From a virus (lineage: Duplodnaviria > Caudoviricetes): a stretch of DNA of 31,088 bases. The notes under the pieces were generated by a model. The model was not told the DNA's origin. It searched no databases and saw nothing but the letters and a program-made list of their open reading frames with translations. Positions within the stretch are counted from its first letter, which is position 1; the number at the start of each line of letters is the position of its first letter. The stretch spans positions 1 to 31,088 of the IMG/VR virus record IMGVR_UViG_3300042453_000649. One strand, written 5' to 3'. Below are positions 25,338 through 31,088 of this stretch, one piece after another. A program made the position numbers and the translations under genes.

Positions 25338-26210
25338 TTAAAAAGAAAACTTGTTGAGAATATCATCAACCTGAGACTTGACCTCGGTGCGTGCACCCAT
25401 GTCCTTGCGTAAGTCCTTGATGTCAACGCCGTTGATAGCTTTCTTCAGCGCCTTGCGTGCTTCTTCGATCTGCGGGTCGTTGATGATGTTGAGAGACTCA
25501 GCCAACTCACACAACTCATGGGCATTTTCTAGCAACGTCTCGTGGAACTTGCGTGGTCTAGCTTCGCCTGCGATGACGTCAACACCTAGCCTGTCCGACA
25601 TACGCTTGAGATGCTCGAGAAGCCGTTGCTTGAAGCCGTTGATAGCTGACTCGACACGTTGGTCGGCAAGCTTGGCTAGCTTCTCTTGCAGTTCTTTCTG
25701 CGCCTCGTTGCCCACGTCAACCCTAAAGTCACCAGATGCAGGGACGGGCATGTAGTTGACGTTGAAACTAAAGCGGTGTGCGATGTCGTCCGCAGACGGG
25801 TAGTCTGTTCTGTTGAACATATCTCCAAGAGCCATGGCTTGTGCAGTAATAAGTGATGGGTAAACAGTAACGAACTCTTGAACCAGTCCGTAAAACTTAT
25901 CTTCTCGTTCTCGTAACTGGTCATTAAACTCCATGAACTTAGCGCTTGGCAACAAGCGTATACCCGAGTCACTCCATGGCAACGTGTTGTCATACACAAA
26001 GCCACGAGTCTCTGTAACGTATTGGTTAATAACTTCTAGTTCACTACGCCCTGCGAGCAGGTGTTTGTTTACACGTGCCGCGCCTTTGTCTTGTGCGTTC
26101 TTGTCTTTCACAAGTTCCTCAGTCGTGGACTTGTCTAGTTTCCTAGCAGTCCATTGTGAAACACTTAGTTCAACAAGCAACGCACATGTGTCGATGTTGT
26201 ATCGTGTCAT
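25338..26210 (-). CDS. Conserved phage protein, DUF3150-like (290 aa)
   Basis: LVELSVSQWTARKLD...NKHLL...TLPWSDSGIRLLP...DYP...RFSF followed by a helical C-terminus. This family is usually found beside AAA/vWA pairs. Confidence 0.55.
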   Translation of the reverse strand: MTRYNIDTCALLVELSVSQWTARKLDKSTTEELVKDKNAQDKGAARVNKHLLAGRSELEVINQYVTETRGFVYDNTLPWSDSGIRLLPSAKFMEFNDQLREREDKFYGLVQEFVTVYPSLITAQAMALGDMFNRTDYPSADDIAHRFSFNVNYMPVPASGDFRVDVGNEAQKELQEKLAKLADQRVESAINGFKQRLLEHLKRMSDRLGVDVIAGEARPRKFHETLLENAHELCELAESLNIINDPQIEEARKALKKAINGVDIKDLRKDMGARTEVKSQVDDILNKFSF

Positions 26211-26623
26211 TATTTAATCCCTAGTTGTGAGAACAAATCGTCAAGGTCGTCAAGCTTCTCTGTGCGGGTAAGAACAACGGCTTTCTTGTCGGTCGTCGTG
26301 CCAACTTTGTGACAGCCATTACCCCACAGCTTAGTAGCCATAGATGATGCAGACCCATAGATGTGGTCAACATCAAACTGCCCGATCGGAATAGTTACCG
26401 TTTGATTTACCCCGCACGCCTCAACGTATGGTCTGATGTATGTGGAAATTGAACCATACGGATACTTTGATGGCGCTTTCCTCTTCTTGCTTACTGCGGT
26501 CAAGTCGCCATGCAGATTACCCTCTACGTCTTTGATTGCATACTGCGCACCAATAGCGTTGAGTAGTTTGATTGCGTTGGTTAATGCTTTTTCATGTAAT
26601 ACAGAAGTTCTGATCTGTTTCAT
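26210..26623 (-). CDS. Hypothetical protein (137 aa), possibly DNA-binding
   Basis: SD GAGGA and a TAATG overlap downstream. Basic KKRK segment followed by KYPYG. Confidence 0.7.
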   Translation of the reverse strand: MKQIRTSVLHEKALTNAIKLLNAIGAQYAIKDVEGNLHGDLTAVSKKRKAPSKYPYGSISTYIRPYVEACGVNQTVTIPIGQFDVDHIYGSASSMATKLWGNGCHKVGTTTDKKAVVLTRTEKLDDLDDLFSQLGIK

Positions 26624-26646
26624 AAGTTCCTCGTTTGGTTAGAAAG

Positions 26647-27858
26647 TTACTGCGAATAAATGCGAACTACTTTGCCCTCGGGGGGCGTGAAGTGGTCGTT
26701 GTCAACCACACCCCAAAGCGCAGGCATGCCTGTCTCTGAGTTAGAGCCGTCGAGGTAGCCGTCTGTTAACCAAACGATACCCTTGGGCTGATACTTCTTC
26801 TCGGTAATGTATTGCACAACACACTCAGGTGAAGTGCCACCACCACCGTTAGGCTTGAGCAAGCCTGCAATCTTCTCGTATTCATGTGGCTTGAACACTT
26901 GCTCACCGCATACTGCTGAGTCCCACCAAATGACACGAACTGCATCGGGTCTGACGTTGTCGCAGATACGAGCAATCTCACCGAATACAGTAGGCAAGAT
27001 GTCATACATAGAACCTGACGTATCGGTTGCCACAATCAACTCGCCTGTTGCCTCTGAGAAATGCGAAGGCATGACGATACCCTGTGGTAGCAAACGTTTG
27101 TTGGGTGGGGCAAAGCGAGAATAGTCGTCGCCTTCACACAGGGCAGTAATCCACTCACGCATATGCTCACGCCAGTTGGTGTCACGTTTCTGTGTTGCCT
27201 TGTCCAACGGATTGTTGGCTGACCTCTTACCTGCCAACTTGTTGGCGAGAACCTTGCCTTGGCGTAGTGCGTCGTCAATCTGTCTGCCGTTCTCGTTGGC
27301 TTCCTTGCTATCCTTGGGTAGCTTGCCAAAGGTATGCGTGTCGAGTGGCTGACCCTGACCATCGCCCTCAACATACTGAACACCGCCTACTTCAACTACT
27401 TTCACATTCTTTAATAAATCCTGCAACACCTCAATGAACGACCACCCCTGATACTTGGGGTCGAACAAAGGCACAGGCTCGGTGGTGCGTTCAATGAATT
27501 GGAAGTTGGGGTCAATCTCAAACAGCGTAGCGTTGACTACGTAATCCATCGCCATGTTGGTAAGCAAGGGATACTTCTCGCTGATGGCTTGGTAGTTGGT
27601 GCAATGTTGTAAAGCCTTGTGCATAGCCTCATGCAACACAACAAAGCGCAACTGCTTGCGTGTCAAGCCCATGACGAACTGCTCGTTGTAAATAACATCA
27701 CGCCCATCTGTGCCTGCAGTCGGGCACTCTGTAACGAACTTGATGTCGCCCACGTAAACGACACCCGACAACCCTGCGAAGTCTGCGTTGTTGCTGATGT
27801 CTACGTGCACCGCAATAATGCGGTTGTGTGCATCTAATTTTTCCCATGTTTTACTCAT
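26647..27858 (-). CDS. Metallopeptidase-like (DUF2201 N-terminal) plus vWA domain protein
   Basis: TAGTDG...VVLHEAMH...NMAMDYVVN, then MIDAS DTSGS, GGGT and LTDGY. Confidence 0.88.
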   Translation of the reverse strand: MSKTWEKLDAHNRIIAVHVDISNNADFAGLSGVVYVGDIKFVTECPTAGTDGRDVIYNEQFVMGLTRKQLRFVVLHEAMHKALQHCTNYQAISEKYPLLTNMAMDYVVNATLFEIDPNFQFIERTTEPVPLFDPKYQGWSFIEVLQDLLKNVKVVEVGGVQYVEGDGQGQPLDTHTFGKLPKDSKEANENGRQIDDALRQGKVLANKLAGKRSANNPLDKATQKRDTNWREHMREWITALCEGDDYSRFAPPNKRLLPQGIVMPSHFSEATGELIVATDTSGSMYDILPTVFGEIARICDNVRPDAVRVIWWDSAVCGEQVFKPHEYEKIAGLLKPNGGGGTSPECVVQYITEKKYQPKGIVWLTDGYLDGSNSETGMPALWGVVDNDHFTPPEGKVVRIYSQ

Positions 27859-27867
27859 GTTCTTTCC

Positions 27868-28983
27868 TTACTTAGTTGCGAAATAAATGCGGTTGTCTTG
27901 CATCAACTGTTGGAACGGCTTGACTGTTACAAACAACGACGCACGTGTTGAGTTGGCGATGTTGTTGCAGAACATTGACTGCAGTTCTCTGCGGTTGCGC
28001 ATGACATACTCGGTGCAAGCCTCGGCTTCTTCCCTCGTGCTTGTTTGTGTAACGCATTTCAAGACGGTGATAATCTGCGCCACAGGATTGCTTGGGATAG
28101 AGCAAGTGCTTGGAGAGGAAACGATCTTGCTAAACGCAGGGGTATCCTCACCGAACCGAATGAACGCACCCATAATCTCAGCACCGGCACGACCGATAGT
28201 GCCTGTGAGTAGCGCTTGCAATGTGTCGGTGTCGTAGCCATCTTTCTCTGTGACGATGTCGCTAGCTGAGTGCAACGAGCGTGGTGTGATGTATGCCTGT
28301 TGCGACAAGCGTGGGTTGAAGATGAGGTCGTTCTCACGTGCTTGGTCTTTGCCTGCATACTTGCCACCTACCTCGTAGTCAAGGAACGAGTCGAACCAAT
28401 GTGGGTTCTCGTCGGTGCAAGCAATCACGATGGGGTTGATACCCGCATCAATAGCCCACTCACGCCACTCGGGTTGGGTTGGTTTGCGCATGGTGAGGAA
28501 CACTAGCCTGTTGCGTAAGTGCGCTTGGATAGAATCACCCAAGCCCTCAACTGCTAGGTTGGTTGCGCAGAACACAACGCTACCCTCAGCCATCTCGTAG
28601 TTACCAACACGTCGCTCATAAACAATCGGCGCAAGAACGTCTTTGATGTATTGCTTTGCCTTGGCAATCTCGTCAAGAAACACGAGAGATGGGCGCGCAC
28701 CATTGACACCTTTCTGATTGAGTTTGCTCACCCCAAATCTTTCATTTGGTAGTTCCCTACTGACCCCTGCATCTCTGTCAATGTCGGGCATCCACACAGA
28801 ACCATCTGACATCTGCGTGCAGTCAAGCTTGACACCCACATGGTTTGCGAAGTCGGGGTCTTGCTCGAGTGCGTGGTATACACCAGTCTTGCCGACACCA
28901 TTCTCACCTTGAATGATGATGGTGCGCTTGTGACCAACTGCTTTAACGGCTTGCTTTACTTGCTTGAAGTTTAGTAATTGCAT
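27868..28983 (-). CDS. MoxR-like AAA+ ATPase
   Basis: Walker A GENGVGKT, Walker B VFLDE, sensor 1 ATN, Arg finger LRNR, sensor 2 TPRS. Confidence 0.9.
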   Translation of the reverse strand: MQLLNFKQVKQAVKAVGHKRTIIIQGENGVGKTGVYHALEQDPDFANHVGVKLDCTQMSDGSVWMPDIDRDAGVSRELPNERFGVSKLNQKGVNGARPSLVFLDEIAKAKQYIKDVLAPIVYERRVGNYEMAEGSVVFCATNLAVEGLGDSIQAHLRNRLVFLTMRKPTQPEWREWAIDAGINPIVIACTDENPHWFDSFLDYEVGGKYAGKDQARENDLIFNPRLSQQAYITPRSLHSASDIVTEKDGYDTDTLQALLTGTIGRAGAEIMGAFIRFGEDTPAFSKIVSSPSTCSIPSNPVAQIITVLKCVTQTSTREEAEACTEYVMRNRRELQSMFCNNIANSTRASLFVTVKPFQQLMQDNRIYFATK

Positions 28984-29026
28984 ATATTCCTCTTCGTTTG
29001 GTTTAATTTACTACTGCTTTTTAGAA

Positions 29027-29039
29027 AGTATAACATACT
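29027..29039 (-). promoter_or_regulatory. Extended -10 promoter (TGtTATACT) within the dyad AGTAT-N3-ATACT
   Basis: Lies in an AT-rich 79-bp intergenic gap upstream of the AAA gene. TGn plus TATACT at 29035-29027, with no convincing -35. Confidence 0.55.
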
Positions 29040-29062
29040 AATTTATAGAAACTGCTACGACT

Positions 29063-30043
29063 TTACACCCCCTTTCCTTGGGAATTACCCTTATCAACTA
29101 AGTAATAAGTTCTCGGCAACGCGTTGGGAAACTGTCCAATCGGCACGTAGTTACTGCCTTTGTTGATATTTGCCAATGTCAGCAACTTGTTGGTGAGACT
29201 TTCTTTGAACTCCTCGGGCGTCAGTTCGTGGGCTATGTCCTCGGCTTGCTCACGCTTGTCCGCCTCGTCGCTTGGGTTACTGTTCCAACCACCACCATAC
29301 AAGAGCCGTTGATTGACGTTGTATACCCGCTTACTTGCCAACACGTTGAAGCAATCACGAGCCACCTCGTCAAACATCAGGGCGAACTCAGGCAAGTCGA
29401 GTGGTAGCGGATCTTCGTTGAGGAATGTGAACATCTTGGCACGAGCACCATGCGACAGCGCCGACGATGCGAACGGACGACCGAGCCTGTATGTAATCTT
29501 GGCTTCTTCCTTGAGGCTTTGTAATTTGAACTGCTGAAGCGTGATGTATGCCTCGAGGTCAACCTTGAGTTTCTTGCGCCGCGCCTTGTCCTCGTCAGTA
29601 GAACGCAAGCAGTAAATGTCAGCGTGCCATGACTCCTCGGGTATCAACAGCCCTGCATTGTTGAACGTCAACAATGCACTAAAGTCCTTGCCCTGTTGCG
29701 TATATGCGGGGTTGAGTGGAACTATAACGTGTGTGCCATGTATTGTTGCCAACTTGTTGTGACTATGAAAGCGTGTATAGCGCCACATCTGTTGCTCGTC
29801 GTAGGTGCTTGTCATGCCACGCAACGCCACTTGGAACTTGTCGTTGCACTCAGGCTCGAGATACCGCACCGCCTCTGTGTTGCACAGTTTGAATACGTAA
29901 CTGTGTGGGTCTTTCTGCAACATCAGCCAGTTCTCCGAGACCCTACGTAATGGGCGTTGGAACTCGTTGTATTTCTTACTGCGTGGTGGCTTCTTGATGT
30001 CGTTGAACTTCTCTACTACTTGTTGGTATGTCATTACCATCAT
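29063..30043 (-). CDS. Hypothetical early protein (326 aa)
   Basis: SD AGGAG, TAATG overlap and a long ORF with no recognised motif. Confidence 0.75.
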   Translation of the reverse strand: MMVMTYQQVVEKFNDIKKPPRSKKYNEFQRPLRRVSENWLMLQKDPHSYVFKLCNTEAVRYLEPECNDKFQVALRGMTSTYDEQQMWRYTRFHSHNKLATIHGTHVIVPLNPAYTQQGKDFSALLTFNNAGLLIPEESWHADIYCLRSTDEDKARRKKLKVDLEAYITLQQFKLQSLKEEAKITYRLGRPFASSALSHGARAKMFTFLNEDPLPLDLPEFALMFDEVARDCFNVLASKRVYNVNQRLLYGGGWNSNPSDEADKREQAEDIAHELTPEEFKESLTNKLLTLANINKGSNYVPIGQFPNALPRTYYLVDKGNSQGKGV

Positions 30044-30495
30044 TACTCTCCTATCGTTTGGTTAAAAAACTCGGTGATGTTTACTTCTATTTCTTCAGCG
30101 CTATCGCTTTCATACAGCGTTACAAATGCACCATGTTCGCTTATGCTAAGTTTTGAAAAGCCAATCCTAAATTCATCACTTGCAGTGGCGTGAAAATATT
30201 TTTCATTGCTGTATGTAATTGAGTTTGCGTCGATTGATTTGACAACACCGCGTGCCATTTTGAATAAAAGCACGCCCTCATCTTTTAGCGTCACGTCAAC
30301 CCATTCGGGTTTGTCGCCATACTCTTGGTTGTTATACATCTCTTCAACAAAAAGTATTTGATGCTCGCAGTCTTTTCGCAACTTAGCCCACGCAATGTGC
30401 CACTCGCCTAACTCTTGCGGGTCAGTTGGTTTTTCTCCTGCGAGCCACTCGTTGTCGCCTTTGTATAAATCCATAAACCTACACGTGCTTGGCAT
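30043..30495 (-). CDS. Hypothetical protein (150 aa), AT-rich relative to its neighbour
   Basis: SD AAGGAGG and tiles the operon. Confidence 0.7.
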   Translation of the reverse strand: MPSTCRFMDLYKGDNEWLAGEKPTDPQELGEWHIAWAKLRKDCEHQILFVEEMYNNQEYGDKPEWVDVTLKDEGVLLFKMARGVVKSIDANSITYSNEKYFHATASDEFRIGFSKLSISEHGAFVTLYESDSAEEIEVNITEFFNQTIGE

Positions 30496-30504
30496 ACGCC
30501 CTCC

Positions 30505-31014
30505 TTAGTCAAATGTAATACGCAAGTTGCGCAACTTATCTGAAACTATGTCTGCTAGTTGCTCTTCAACAATCTCCTCGATTCTGTTCTCAACCTCTGC
30601 GGTAATATCTACATGGTCATCAAGGCTGAACGAGTTGCTAAAGTAAGACTCAACGGCACTTTCAATTTCATATTCCATATCCACATCATCAATAACTTCT
30701 TTGACCATCTCTTTGAACCACCCCGCTTGTTGTAGCGTGAGGTTCACGCACTCTTGCAGGGATTGGTCTTCCGCGTTCAGGGAATTCCCTTGGTTTTGCT
30801 TGATGACCGTAGTCAAGAGTTGTAGTTGTGCACAGATAGTGTTGATGATTGTGCCAATGTCGGGCGTGGGTTGTGGTATGGCTATGTTGTTGAGTATGTC
30901 TTGTGTCGTTGGGTTTATCTCCAACATGGGTCTGCCTGTTGCCAACCGACACAAGGCGTCCATCGCCTCGTCTTCTTCTTGTGTTACTGGCATTTCATTT
31001 ATTGCTGGGTTCAT
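30505..31014 (-). CDS. Hypothetical acidic protein (169 aa)
   Basis: SD AAGGAG and an Asp/Glu-rich helical C-terminal half. Confidence 0.75.
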   Translation of the reverse strand: MNPAINEMPVTQEEDEAMDALCRLATGRPMLEINPTTQDILNNIAIPQPTPDIGTIINTICAQLQLLTTVIKQNQGNSLNAEDQSLQECVNLTLQQAGWFKEMVKEVIDDVDMEYEIESAVESYFSNSFSLDDHVDITAEVENRIEEIVEEQLADIVSDKLRNLRITFD

Positions 31015-31088
31015 GCTTGTTCTCCTTTCATCATCACGATTTTGTGTTCATCATCTTCAAATACAACTGAGCCATCGGCTTTCTTCTC
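31011..31088 (-). CDS. 3' end of a hypothetical gene running off the window
   Basis: Open frame EKKADGSVVFEDDEHKIVMMKGEQA* with an ATGA overlap on the next gene. Confidence 0.55.
   Translation of the reverse strand, partial: EKKADGSVVFEDDEHKIVMMKGEQA

Larger units (their letters stand above)
26631..30063 (-). repeat. Dispersed leader motif AACCAAACGA at 26631-26640, 28994-29003 and 30054-30063
   Basis: Three exact 10-mers on the coding strand, each directly 5' of, or overlapping, an AGGA-containing SD. Confidence 0.7.

Noticed and set aside
13026-30193. Plus-strand ORFs across the minus-strand operon
   Set aside because: They are antisense shadows of well-supported genes that already tile the region.

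Overview
A fragment of a tailed dsDNA phage genome with podovirus-like organisation, resembling uncultured aquatic Caudoviricetes. It has two convergent arms. The + arm (1-12071) carries three late genes that look like internal virion/ejection proteins. The last is a 3191-aa polyvalent protein with an HExxGH metallopeptidase-like domain and a C-terminal LPD38-like domain. The - arm (31088 to 12058) is a tightly coupled early/replication operon. In transcription order it encodes hypothetical early genes, a MoxR-like AAA+ ATPase, a metallopeptidase-vWA protein, a DUF3150-like protein, a wHTH protein, VRR-NUC, small membrane proteins, a GT-A glycosyltransferase-like protein, an FkbM methyltransferase, a family A DNA polymerase (Leu762 type), a small HExxH protein, a Cas4-like nuclease, an HNH protein, an SNF2 helicase, a putative SSB, an HTH protein and an AEP primase-DUF927 helicase. 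Items missing from the ORF track include a 51-52-aa signal-peptide gene with six cysteines, a Shine-Dalgarno separated from its AUG by a GNRA hairpin, two promoters with overlapping palindromes, a repeated AACCAAACGA leader motif, and a terminator-like hairpin inside a coding sequence. I saw no tRNA, rRNA, CRISPR array, integrase or transposase. Family assignments come from reading motifs by eye, not from database searches.
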